A program made the translations under genes and the position numbers. A stretch of 64,000 nt of DNA from Lama glama (taxonomy: Eukaryota), in assembly GCA_028534125.1 (NCBI GenBank), contig CM052817.1, positions 90,212,001 through 90,276,000 on the forward strand, written 5' to 3'. Below the pieces are notes generated by a model. That model was not told the DNA's origin and ran no database searches. It worked only from the letters and a program-made list of their open reading frames with translations. Shown one piece after another: positions 1 to 12,275 of the stretch. Positions within the stretch are counted from its first letter, which is position 1. Each line of letters begins with the position of its first letter.

Positions 1-489
1 ACCCCCTTCCAAAATTCATCCCTTCCAAGCACTCAGGTTCCAACCTTAACTTATTTCTATGAGAAACAACAAAAACAAATCAAAACAAAACTTTGTAAAG
101 CCTCCTTTATCAGGTGTGTTTGGAAATATGTTTTTAGCAGTATTTTTCTTTTCTGGCCAGGTAACATTATAAGACAATTCAACATGTTTGTTTCACATAG
201 GCTTTTCTGGTGTTGGATGGGGAGTGAATTTGTCACCTTGAAGAATATTACCTTTTCTCTATTGTATTTGACTCAATTATACTCTGTTTATGGCTTACTT
301 TAAAACTTTTTTCTTCATTAATGGCTATGGAAAATTATTAATTTAATTTTGCCCCATCAGTCAACTTTTTCCTTTATTCCTTTGTTATTTTCCAAAAATT
401 TTTCTAAAATTTAGAAAGTTCTTTTTCCTTGGCTTCAGATCTTAGGATTTCATCAATTTTTAATCAAAATTTTGGTTTTGATTTATAAA

Positions 490-2850
490 AAATTATATGC
501 AATACTTAAATGTATTCTTATCTCAAGTAACAGATGACTATAGTCAGTTAAATGTTCCTTTTTTTCCAATACCATTATCCTTAGTGTTTCTCAAATACTC
601 CTGTTTCCAGAGGCAACCACAGTTACAACTTTGCAGTTTATTCTTTATAAACATAAAAAGAATAGTTAATGAAATAAAATACATAGTTACGGGTTTTTTT
701 TATTTAGCATAAATGAATATATGTCTTATATATTCTTTCATTTGCTGTTTTACACACCGATATACTTTTGACTTAGAAGTCAGCCTTGCTCTGCTATTGT
801 ATGGGTACACTGCAATTTATTTAACCACATACTGATGATGGAAATATAGTTCCTTTACAGTTGTTTTTCCGTGTATCAAGAATTAAAATTTTGCTACATA
901 TATTTTTATATAAAGAACAGAAATTTTATAGGATAACTAGAAATAGAATTCCAAGGTCGATGTATTTCAATGTATTAAATTTTCTGATACTGCTAAATTG
1001 TTAACTAAAAGGGCTATTCCAGTTTATAATATTATTAATAATATAGTACCATGTTTATTTTCTGATTAATATTTTAGTATCTGAGTGATAAAAATTGGCA
1101 TTTCTGTGTTGCTTTATTTAAATTTCCCTGAATAATTGTGTTAGGTCATACTTTGATAAATGTATTGGCCAATGTCACACTGTATTCTGGGAGTAGGCTG
1201 TTTATGTTTTTAAAATTTTTTATTGAATTGTAAAAGACCTTTCAATATTAAATACAATAGCACTTAGAGAATTATCGATATATCCACATCATTATCTTTT
1301 CTGTGATTTCTAAGTTTAGTGTTTACTTAGAAAGCCTTCTTCACCCCAAAATTATTTTCCTAATTGAAATCCCACTGAACAAATGTGTTTGTGTATATAC
1401 TCTTAATATTTATCTACACTTATATAAATTAAATCAATTCTAAATAAATTAAAGTGTAATTTCTAATCCATCTGGAATTTTCTATATGGTTTGAATAACT
1501 AGAAGAACATTTATTGTATAACTTACAGTTTTCCTTCTGGTTTTCAGTCCTACCTTTATCATTAGGTAAATCTTCAGATAGACGAGTCAGTTTCTAGAAT
1601 TCTAGTCTGGGTTCCCTGGTTTGTTTATTGCAGTTACTTGCTCTTTTAATTCCTATCATTTCACAGTAATTAATCCGTGGAAAATATGTCTTCTTCACTG
1701 TTTGCTTTTTGCAGAACTATTTAGAATATTCATCTTCACTTTCTCTTTCAAATATAATTATCTTCATACAAATGACTGTTGTAATGTTCAGAAGCACATT
1801 GAATATATGGATTTATTTGGATGAACCGGCATCATTAAAATTTTTAGTCTTTTTATCCAGGCTTTTGGCATGTCTCTCCATCCCTTATATCTTTTAGGGC
1901 CATTAGGTAAAGTACTATTGTCTTTATTTTAATAAGTCTTGCATACTTTTTGCGAGTTTTATTCTTTAATATTTTATTTTTGTGACTAAAATCAAGTATA
2001 TTTTCTAATTTTATTTTCTTTTAAATTATTTAATGGTGACCTATAGAAATCTACTTATTTGTGTGCAGTGGACTTCTTCTCACTTATGTTATTGAAAATT
2101 CTTTTTTAAATAGCAAAACAAAGAGGCCAAGCACCGTCCACTTCCCAGTTGATTTTATTGCCTCCTAATTATATGTGTTGACATTATTAGTTCCCAAAAT
2201 ATAAATTATTTTCTGCTTTTGTATCTTTACACTATGTTATGGGATTATGGCCCCTTCATTTTATTTCCATCTATTTGATACTTTTAAGTAGAATTTAAGA
2301 TAACTTTTTCAAATTTCTAAAATAAAATTAAAAATTATGATTCAGGTTGAAATTGCATTATTTTTTAAGAAACTACATTGCAGATGTTCAAACTTTCCAT
2401 TCTATAATATGCTAAACCTCTCATTTCCTTCCTTTTATGTATTTGATAGTTTATATTGCTTTCTTCATATATGATCCATACTTAATATCCTTAAGGTTAC
2501 TCCAGTTATTTTGTGACTATGTATGCTATTGTGAAAGAGGGCATTTCCCATTATATATTTCTATTAATCTTTGCAGGATGTAACAATTACTAATTTCCTC
2601 ATCAGGATTTTTCTTATACTGATCTATTGCACTAAACTTTCTTTACAAATCTAATAATTCATCAGTTAAATATCATTCAGAGTGTTATGCCTTCTGTAAA
2701 TAAAAACACTTCCCTTATCACTTACCTTTTTTTTCTGTTTATGTCCTCACACATAAGCTATAATTTTTAGAACAAGATAGATAATATGAGTGATGTTGGG
2801 TAGCATCTATTTATTCTTGAATTGGGTAGAAATGCCTCAATGTAGTAGTT
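490..2850 (-). mobile_element. Ancient, fragmented L1 (L1ME-like) remnant
   Basis: T-rich stretch with antisense L1 ORF2/3'UTR-like motifs (e.g. tttatttaaccac, taatccatctggaattt, tttattgcagt, tgctattgtgaa); boundaries approximate. Confidence 0.5.
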
Positions 2851-4594
2851 ATTAGTATATGAGGTTACAAACCCCTTTGAAAAATCTTATGAGAGGTATA
2901 AACTTGTTTAATGGTGACAAAAAGTCTTGAACATATTCACAAAATTCAATGTTTACTGAAGACTCTCAAAGAGACTCCCTAATTTACTAGACGTGGACAT
3001 TTTTCACACCTGATAATATATAATGCTATTTTTATTTGAACTTATAAATATGTAAAATAAACAAAGCAAGTTTGTTCTATTATCGATATACATATGTAAT
3101 CTGTTTAGACTTATTATAAAGGAAATAACCTTCTTAGTATTAAAACAAAATGAAAAATGTACTGTGGGTGTCCTTGAATTAGAAAGTGGCCATGAATTTT
3201 GTTAATATAGCTTTTAAGTCACTATTTCATTTGCCAGTTTTAATATACAGTTCAAATTTGATCAAATAATTTTGAAGCAGCACTGTTAAAATTGCATGGT
3301 AAAGTAGCACATTTTTGAATAGAGAGTATTTAAAAACACACTTTACTTGTACTATTTTTAGTACTGTAAACAAGCATAATTATAACACTAAATCTACCCA
3401 GGGGAAAATCAATTCAATAGTCACCTTTACTCAGAAATGCATTGTAAAGACCCTGCACTCCAGAAAGATACTAAGTAGGGATAAAACAAATATGGGAAAT
3501 GGGGTGGTCAACTTTCTGAATTCTGCCAACGTTGATATCATGATGTTACACAGAGACTTTAAGCTATGCCATGATTCCTTTATCTTCAGAGTCCTTAGAC
3601 TTTTAAAAACTATCCTCCTTATTTTCCTATCAGAGAAAAAGCACAGATTATATTGGTACCAGCATCTGAAAAAGCAAAATCTTTGTCATTTGGATAATCA
3701 GAATCTGGTACAAATACAGCTGTAAAAACAGAACATACGACAATTAAATGATGCTCTGTTTTTATATACATATGATCCCTGACCTGGGAACATGTTTATT
3801 ATGCTGAGAAATGCACTTCATCTCTGTCGCCGCTCCCATCTAGCTGTGCTTCCTATCTCCAAATCAATAAACCTTAAAAGTGCCTTGTAATAGTTACAGT
3901 ATGTTTCTCCAGGGAGAAATTGTTGTGTTAGGTTTTTGATGGTTTTTGACACTATACCAATTTCATTTGACAACGAATTGAAAGTTGAATAGTGCACTGA
4001 GCCATGCTGGTCATTTAATACTATCCTCAGGATATTGTCTTTCAATCTCGGAGAAAAAGCCATTCTTTGTGAAAACTGGCCTAAGCTGGTTCTCATATTA
4101 TTGGTTTGGTTTCATCATGAGAGAGAGAGATTAAGAAGAGATATCTCACCATAAATATGTTAGGGTCTTATTGTTGTTGATGTAATCATGTTTTTTAAGG
4201 CTGAATTTCCAAGACAGCAAAGTGGGTAACAATCTCATTAACACCATTTGCCCTACTCTGCCTATCTCACAATTGCTTCAATTTTCTGGTATTAAAAATG
4301 GCCAGAAGACGTTGCCTCATAAGTAGGTCATTCAAGTGATCTAAGATGCAGTCCCTTTATCAGTAAGAGGAAATAATGATGAAACATTTTTTGTCAAATT
4401 TAAATCATTATACAAGTGCCATTGCCTTGATTTTGCCACCTGATCTGTAAGAATCCTGTCCTGTAGTATCTCACACTGGCAACTTTCTGGGATCTTTCCT
4501 GGCCTGTCAAGTGACCATTTCTAATAGTCAACATTTCTGTATCAAGAAATCCATTATAGTTAACTTCTAACAGGAAAAGTTTAAAGTTAATATA

Positions 4595-4758
4595 GGCGGG
4601 AGGGTACAGCTCAAGTGATAGAGCGCATGCTTAGCATACTCGAGGTCCTGGGTATAATTCACAGTACTTCCTCTAAAAATAGATAACAAAATCTAATTAC
4701 TTCCCGCCTGCCAAAAAATTAATAAAATAATATAACAGTGAAAAATTAATTTAAAAAG
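4595..4758 (+). mobile_element. tRNA-Ala-derived camelid SINE (Vic-1 type), long form
   Basis: ggcgggagggtacagctcaagtgatagagcgcatgcttagcat...gaggtcctgggtataattc head (A/B boxes, AGC anticodon arm), ctaattacttccc body, A-rich tail; TSD taaagttaatata (4582-4594) / taaagtcaatata (4759-4771). Confidence 0.9.
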
Positions 4759-6376
4759 TAAAGTCAATATAATGCATAGCTAGATCATCTAATTGGAGGT
4801 GCTGATGAAAAATTTGTAACTTCTAATATTAAATTTGTCATACTAGTTATAAAAATGAGAGGAACTATTATGGAAGCCCAAGGATGCCAGAAACCCTTCC
4901 AGAATTGAATGACACTCTGGGGAGTATGAAAATGTGAATGGATGAAAGTACAAGAGCTAACTTCCAGGGAATCCTTAGGAGCTTTTCTTGTAGGTGTTGG
5001 AGCTCTGCTGAAGAGGCATGAACGCAGGAGACACACTGTGAACTCTGAGGGTTCTTTCTACTGCAGAAAGCTTTTCATGACCAATTCATTGATAAGAACT
5101 GATCTGACTGATAAAAATAAAAGGTGATAATTTAAAATTATGATAGTAGATATTCACTAGGTCCTAGAGGTGCTTTGGAGAAGTAATAACTGGGATTTAA
5201 CTCCTACTAATTTTATATATGTTGAGAAATTTACCAGAAAATAATTTATGTGGAATCTAGATCTAGTGTCCCTCTGATACATTTATATGCATCAATTTAC
5301 TAATCTAAGAATAATACGGTAATAAAACACAAACCAAATAAGCAGTAAACATACAAACAAATGTCACTCTCCATATGCTTGAAAATTTATTGTCCTCATC
5401 TCTGTGCTACTATGTTTTGGTTAATAAAGGGAATGCTTAAAGAGTTTGAACATCTTTGTTCCCTGTTAGGAATATTTATTTTTAATTTAGAATCTAAAAT
5501 ACAAGGAAGAAACTTGAAATCAGTTATTTCAACAAATTACACTTGGATGGGGAAATAAAAAATCAAAGGAATTTTCTCACTTATTTCAATAGCTAAGAAG
5601 ACATAAATATTTCCATTCTTAAATGTATGGGATGAAATACTGAGTATGTGAATAGTTGCTTAGTGTGAAAAAAAATTGTGCAGCTCTCAATAAACACACG
5701 GAGGAGATAGAGTATAGAAAAGGAAGATATTTAAAATAAGCAAGAAGGGAACTTCATAAACCACCTTAGGATTAGAGGCCTCATTTAGAAAATTGTAAAT
5801 TTCTAAATATAGTCAGACAGAAAATTGTTACTCTCTTGAAGGAAGTGGCTAAGAAGCCCAGCTCTGTCATTTTAATGAGAGCAATTGGAGTAGAAAGTAA
5901 ATTAAAATTTTTATACAAGGAAAACCTTAGTCGTAAAGTGCATACAAACACACATTTTTTGGTGGTCATGGAGTTTCAAATATCTATTTATTATTTTGAT
6001 TCTGCTACAGAAATTAGAAGGTACCCAGTTTCCAAGGGAAAAGAGGTAAAAGCATTATATCTAGAGAGACATAGGCTTTTCTAAATATCCAGGACTTATT
6101 TCTCCAAGTACCTGAGGACTCTACTGGCTTGTAATGCAAAATAGCTAAATACTCACCAAAGAATTCTGTGCAGATGTACAATCAAAACATAACATATAGA
6201 ATACTACAACATAGAGAATTCCAATCATGAGGATACTTAAGTTTTCCAAATGGAATGCCAAAAAAATAAATGAGTTGTTTAGATTTGGGAAGATAAGAAA
6301 TAATGTTTTGAAAAGTTCTCTGGATGGATCCCTGGTATTTCCCTGGTATATACCTTGATTGGTAGATTTTAGCATC

Positions 6377-6762
6377 ATTTATGGGCTGAATTGTGTTCCT
6401 TCAAAATCCAGGGTGGAAGTCCTGACCCCCAATACCTCAAGATGTGACAGTATTTGGATATAGGGCCTTTAGAGAGGTATTCAGTTAAAGTGAGATCATT
6501 AGGATGGGTTCTAATCCAGTACAACTGGTGACTTAGAAGAAGGAAAAAATTGGACAGAGACATGCACAGACGTAAGCCCAGGTGGCGATGGAGAGAGCAG
6601 TTGGCCAACCATGAACCAAGGGAAAAGGCCTCAGAGGAGACTAACCCTGCTGATGCCTTGATCTCAGATTTGAGTCTCCAGAATTGTAGGAAGATACATT
6701 CCTGTTGTTCAGTCCATCCAGTCCGTGGCCCTCTGTTAGAGCAGCCCAAGCAGACCAGCACA
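6377..6762 (+). mobile_element. MaLR solo LTR (MLT1B-like)
   Basis: Typical ttatgggctgaattgtgttcc start, taatccagtacaactggtg, gccttgatctcagattt..ctccagaattgt core, ends ...accagcaca; exact 5-bp TSD gcatc at 6372-6376 and 6763-6767. Confidence 0.88.
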
Positions 6763-7964
6763 GCATCCCGAAGGGAAAAAGCCCATCCCACTGGGAATGT
6801 TAGCTGTCTGCTGTCTTGTATCACAGACTGGGAAAACGTAGTAAGATGGACAAGGGCATTTTTCCAAAATACGAGATAATTTTTCCACACTGAGGTGCTG
6901 GGGCAGAGGGTAGGAAAATGATCCTGGGCTGAAATTTTGCATTTAGTGAAGTGGATGAAACTTCCTATGAAGATCATAGCAAATTTAAGGATAGTAAGTA
7001 GGCAGATTTTCAAGAACTTTTGACAGTCATTTATACTCATTGGTAAAGACAATGAAATAAATTTTTGCATCAAATTCTCAAGAGTATTTTTCTTGAAATT
7101 ACTGACACAAACACCTACTGACACATTATGGTCTGTAACCTTACTTTTTGGAATGGTCTGTGCATATACTGTTACATAGTGGACAATCAACACACAGTTG
7201 TCAAATGAATTTGCACAATGAATAACGCAAATTTTTCCACATAACATTTTACTACCCAGATTTTATTGAAAAAATTTGATTATATTCTGTGGCTAAGCTA
7301 GCCAAGAAAATTTTATTAGCAAATTGACCAAGTTATTTCTCTCTTTCAAATGTTTACTAAAAATAAATTTTTGACCCTGGTATTAGCTTTTGTTATTCTA
7401 GAGATCCTATTAAATTATACATTTTAAAATTCTTGGCTTCATGTGAGTATAGTTGTACTGAGGACAGGTTTGGTCAAACAGAATATTTTATCAATTATAT
7501 AAATAAGTTACAGCATCATAAAAAATATAGGAGTAAATATGTATCAACAATTACATTCATTGACAGGTAACATGAGTTATAATAAATAGTACCATGTTTT
7601 CGGCTCTTCACAGCGCTCTTTGCTCTTTTTAATTTCAAAGAAGTATACAAGATTAACATTTACAGGACTGAAAACTCAGGTGTAAAGTTATATTTAATAA
7701 TTTATTTACTCTAAGCTAAAGGACATACATTTGTTTAGTGTAAATCAAAGATACTAGGCAAATATCCTGAAAATAGAATTTCCACATAGCTTTTGACTAA
7801 GGCGTGTTAAGAATCAGTTTGAATTATAAATATTCTATTTTAGCTATTTCTTCTGACATTTATTGGAACATATCACATTATTTAAAAAATTATTTGGGTT
7901 AGTTATTTAAGATTTCTTAAGATATTGAAGAATGATGCATGATTTTGTGTTAACTAATAGAAAA

Positions 7965-8135
7965 AGCAATGACCTTTCTGCAGTTTTTAACCTCTCTCAG
8001 CCTCAGTCCTGATCTGTGAAACAGAAACAACTCTACTGACCTACTTAGCTCACAAGGTGTGTAAAAGTCAAATAAATTGATGTACATATAAGGAATTTAC
8101 ATAAAAGCACTATATTTAGTACAGATAAGATTATT
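7965..8135 (+). mobile_element. MIR SINE fragment
   Basis: ttaacctctctcagcctcagt..ctgatctgtgaaac core of MIR. Confidence 0.6.
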
Positions 8136-9247
8136 GCTAACCAGGCTGCCGTAACTTTTGTAAACTGCTGAATAGCATAAGGTTATCTTGGGCATATTCT
8201 AAACAAAGATCTTTTTATCTCAGTCTCATCATCACCAGAACAGAGAATCTATCATATGTGGACCAAAGAAATCTTAGAGTTTTCCTTTATAGATAGGGTA
8301 CTCAATAGCGAAAATTAGGGGAAAAAATGGATGAAAACTGAGGGAAAAAGCTGGCAGCAACAGGAAAGTAAATGGGACAAAGATGAAACCAGAAGAAAGT
8401 GCCTCCAATCAAAGCATGTCTTTTGCCAGAATTGTTCCCAGTGTAAGTTTATAATAATCCTGGAAATGACTGAATTTCATGAACCAAAGCTGACAATTGA
8501 AACAGGTGTCTGGCATTAGGAGAGATGAAAATGGTTTCTCTTCTTTCTGCTCTCAAGATGAGGAAGGCATAACAGGAATACATATTGATTCCAAGGAGAG
8601 CACCATGCCAGCTCTCTGTAGCAGATGGAATTGTGCAAGGCATCCCAAATGATTGAGAATCAAAAATAGGCTAAACGAGGATGCATGATATACAATAAAA
8701 TAAAAATAACTTTCTTTTTCTCTTGAATGTCCATTATGTTTCACAGCTGTTGAGACCAGAAAGTGACAATGTTTCTATTTGCTAATGACAGCTAAAATAG
8801 AATGTATAGTAAACTGAGACAGTGTGAATATTTTTTGATTGGTTAAACATGAAATAGTTGCAACTGAGATGAAAGATAGCTGTGCACATGATGTTTCTGC
8901 ATCAGATGATGGAGGTGAGAGTCTGGAGACATTGTCTAAAATGATACCAAAAAATGAGTCAACTTATGGTCAGAAGTGAAAATTCATTATTTTAAAAACC
9001 TTCTGGAGTTTTAAAAGGTTACTGAAAATTAAACACATTGATGCAATATATCACTATCTCCTAATAGATTTATAATAAAAGGCATTGCAGTAACTGTTCA
9101 GATTTATCACTGATGTCAGGATAACCAAAGCCAAACATTAATACTAAGCACAAGACCTAAGAAATAATGTTGACTAATATTTTCCCAGGACATTAATTTC
9201 ATTCTATTTAACAAAGATAAACAGGTAGTTATTTTTACCAAGAACTC

Positions 9248-9711
9248 TATAAGGTATTTAAATCATTTTTTTTCTTGACCTAGTTTTGAAACACTGACTA
9301 GTCAGTATTCCTTGAACAGCTGATTAACTCCACACCAGAACTACTTCCCTTATCAGGCTCTCATAGTGGGGGCCACCATGCACCTACCCTAATTGCCCCA
9401 GGCCAGGTACCAGAAAATGAGAGAGACAGAGAGAAAGAGAGATCAAGTAAGTGCTCCTCTATTTCCCAGAGCCTGCAAAATTATTCAAATTAGTCCATCT
9501 CTAGGGAGCCCTGGAAACCTAGCCAACCCCATCCCTCTTGCTATATGTCAGCTTCCCCCTAGAGCTCCAGATTGTTGTTACTCAGTTCTCAGGTGCAAGT
9601 GCCAGTGTGGCCTTGCTTGACACCCATCTTTTGTTTGGAGATATATAATAGTTCTTCCTTTGACCTATCTTGGTATTTTGTGTACACTATCAAAAGAATC
9701 TTTAAATCTTG
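9248..9711 (+). mobile_element. ERVL-class solo LTR (MER88/MER74/MER54 group); last bases resume at 11493-11515 after an L1 insertion
   Basis: ggccaccatgcacctaccctaattgccccaggccaggtaccag and aaattattcaaattag motifs; terminus atcaaaagaatctttaaatctt...taaaaca split by L1; 5' boundary approximate. Confidence 0.7.
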
Positions 9712-10195
9712 TTTTTTTATTATTGAAGTGTAGTCAGTTTACAATATTGTGTCAATTTCTGGTATACAGCCTAATGTTTCAGTCATACATGTACATACAT
9801 ATATTCCTTTTCATATTCTTTTTCATTATTGGTTACTGCAAGATATGAAGATATGCTATACAGTAGAAACTTGTTGTTTATCTATTTTGTATATAGAAGT
9901 TAGTATCTATAAATCCCAAACTCCTAATTTATCCCTCCCTACCCCTTTTCCTCCCTGGTAACCATCAGTTTGTTTTCTATGTCTGTGAGTCTGTTTCTGG
10001 CTTGTAAATAAGTTCATTTGTGTCTTTTTGTAAGATTCTACATACTAGCGATATCATATGATATTTTTCTTTCTCTTTCTGGCTCACTTCACTTAGTATG
10101 ACAATCTCCAGGTCTACGCATGTTGCTGCAAATGGCATTATTTTATTCTTTTTATGGCTGAGTAGTATTCCATTCTCTCTATATATCACAATTTC

Positions 10196-10333
10196 TTTTT
10201 TTTTAACATTTTTTATTGATTTATAATCATTTTACAATGTGTCAAATTCCAGTGTTCAGCACAATTTTTCAGTCATGGACATATACACACTCATTGTCAC
10301 ATTTTTTTCTCTGTGAGTTATCATAACATTTTG
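10196..10333 (-). mobile_element. 3' end of a second, younger L1 nested in the first; remainder lost in the gap
   Basis: New poly-T followed by a second, different L1 3' terminus (ttttattgatttataatcattttacaatgtgtcaaattccagtg) in the middle of the host L1. Confidence 0.8.
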
Positions 10334-10833
10334 NNNNNNNNNNNNNNNNNNNNNNNNNNNNNNNNNNNNNNNNNNNNNNNNNNNNNNNNNNNNNNNNNNN
10401 NNNNNNNNNNNNNNNNNNNNNNNNNNNNNNNNNNNNNNNNNNNNNNNNNNNNNNNNNNNNNNNNNNNNNNNNNNNNNNNNNNNNNNNNNNNNNNNNNNNN
10501 NNNNNNNNNNNNNNNNNNNNNNNNNNNNNNNNNNNNNNNNNNNNNNNNNNNNNNNNNNNNNNNNNNNNNNNNNNNNNNNNNNNNNNNNNNNNNNNNNNNN
10601 NNNNNNNNNNNNNNNNNNNNNNNNNNNNNNNNNNNNNNNNNNNNNNNNNNNNNNNNNNNNNNNNNNNNNNNNNNNNNNNNNNNNNNNNNNNNNNNNNNNN
10701 NNNNNNNNNNNNNNNNNNNNNNNNNNNNNNNNNNNNNNNNNNNNNNNNNNNNNNNNNNNNNNNNNNNNNNNNNNNNNNNNNNNNNNNNNNNNNNNNNNNN
10801 NNNNNNNNNNNNNNNNNNNNNNNNNNNNNNNNN
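10334..10833. other. Assembly gap (500 N)
   Basis: Run of exactly 500 n characters; the round number suggests a placeholder size. Confidence 0.99.
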
Positions 10834-11809
10834 CCAAACTGCATTCCTACCATCAGTGTAGGAGGGTTCCCCTTTCTCCACAGCCTCTCCAGGGTTTATC
10901 TTTTGTGGACTTTTGAATGATGGCCATTCTGACTGGTGTGAGGTGATACCTCATTGTAGTTTTGATTTGCATTTTTCTGATAATTAGCCATACTGAGCAT
11001 TTTTTCATGTGCCTTTTGATCATTTATATGTCTTCATTGGAGAAATGTTTGCTTAGGTCTTCTGCCCATTTTTTGATTAGGTTGTTCATTTTATTGTTGC
11101 TGAGTTGTATGAGCTGTTTGTATATTCTGGAAATTAAGCCCTTGTCAGTCACATCATTAGCAAATATTTTCCGCCATTCTGTAGGTTGTCTTTTCTTTTT
11201 CTTTTTGTTTATAGTTTCCTCTGCTGTGCAAAATCTTGTAAGTTGAATTAGGTCTCATTTGTTTACTTTTGCTTTTATTTCTATTGCCTTCATAGACAGT
11301 CCTAGAAGAACATTGCTACAATTTATATCAGAGAATGTTTTGCCTATATTCTCTTCTGGGAGGTTTATGGTATCTTGTCTTATATTTAAGTCTTTAAGCC
11401 ATTTTGAGTAATTTATTTTTGTGCGTGGTATGAATGAGTGTTCTAATTTCATTGAGTTATGTGTGGCTCTCCGGCTTTCCCAACATCACTTGGAATCTTG
11501 AAATCTTGTAAAACAGATATGTGGATGTAAATTTGATGCAACATGCACATTGTCTTTAAGCATTTCTTGGTCCATGTGGGAACAAAATGATGTGGAATCC
11601 AAATCTGTTAAACACTATTATATACAAGGAATGATACATTGATCATCCTTATTTCTTAAAATAAACTTGAAATTTTGACACCATTATCATTCTGTTTTAT
11701 AGACCAATTAAAAACCCATTGTACTTGTTAAGAGGGAAGAGAGATAGAATGAGCTAGCCACCTAAACACTGATAAAGACATTTGGAAATGCAAAGGGAAG
11801 ATGTAGAGA

Positions 11810-12275
11810 AGACTCTACGATGATGGAGTAGATACGTCTATGTGATCACCAAAACCCATTTTATTTTCCTTCTGGACACCCAGGTGCCTCAATTTTGCAA
11901 CTGTCATGCAGTTCGGTGTAGTCATGCATGGGGATCTACTTAATAAAATTATGGCAGAAAAGTTGTATGCTCTTCTAAGCTTGGTCAATAGAAGCCACTG
12001 AAGAGTAAATCTGTATGCTTTCTACCCATATGGAGAGGACACTTACAGTCACCTTGGGAGCCAAAAGTTAAACTTGGAGACAAAAGATACAAGGAATTTG
12101 CATTTCTGAGTCAGTATTTCAGGAGAGATACCAACCAGCAGGAATACCTGTTTTGGTTTTTTTGTTTGTTTGTTTTACTGTGATGAGAGTGAGAAATAAA
12201 TTGTGTTAAATTAAGCTATCAAGTTCAAGGGGTTTGTCAATTATGTCAACTAGCCTATAAACTGACATCCTTACT
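11810..12275 (+). mobile_element. Old MaLR LTR (MLT1J/I-like)
   Basis: ttccttctggacaccc...gcagttcggtgtagtcatg and tgagagtgagaaataaattgtgttaaattaagct 3' motif. Confidence 0.6.

Larger units (their letters stand above)
9712..11492 (-). mobile_element. 5'-truncated lineage-specific L1 (3'UTR plus end of ORF2), interrupted by a younger L1 and an assembly gap
   Basis: T-rich tail at 9712; ORF2 C-terminal remnants ([61 protein letters not shown]); 16-bp TSD gaatctttaaatcttg (9696-9711) / gaatcttgaaatcttg (11493-11508). Confidence 0.92.

Noticed and set aside
3818..4096. 92-aa minus-strand ORF with plausible composition
   Set aside because: No recognisable homology, no polypyrimidine acceptor, and length within chance expectation
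10256..10881. Four 180-195 aa ORFs in the ORF track
   Set aside because: Artefacts of translating the 500-N gap
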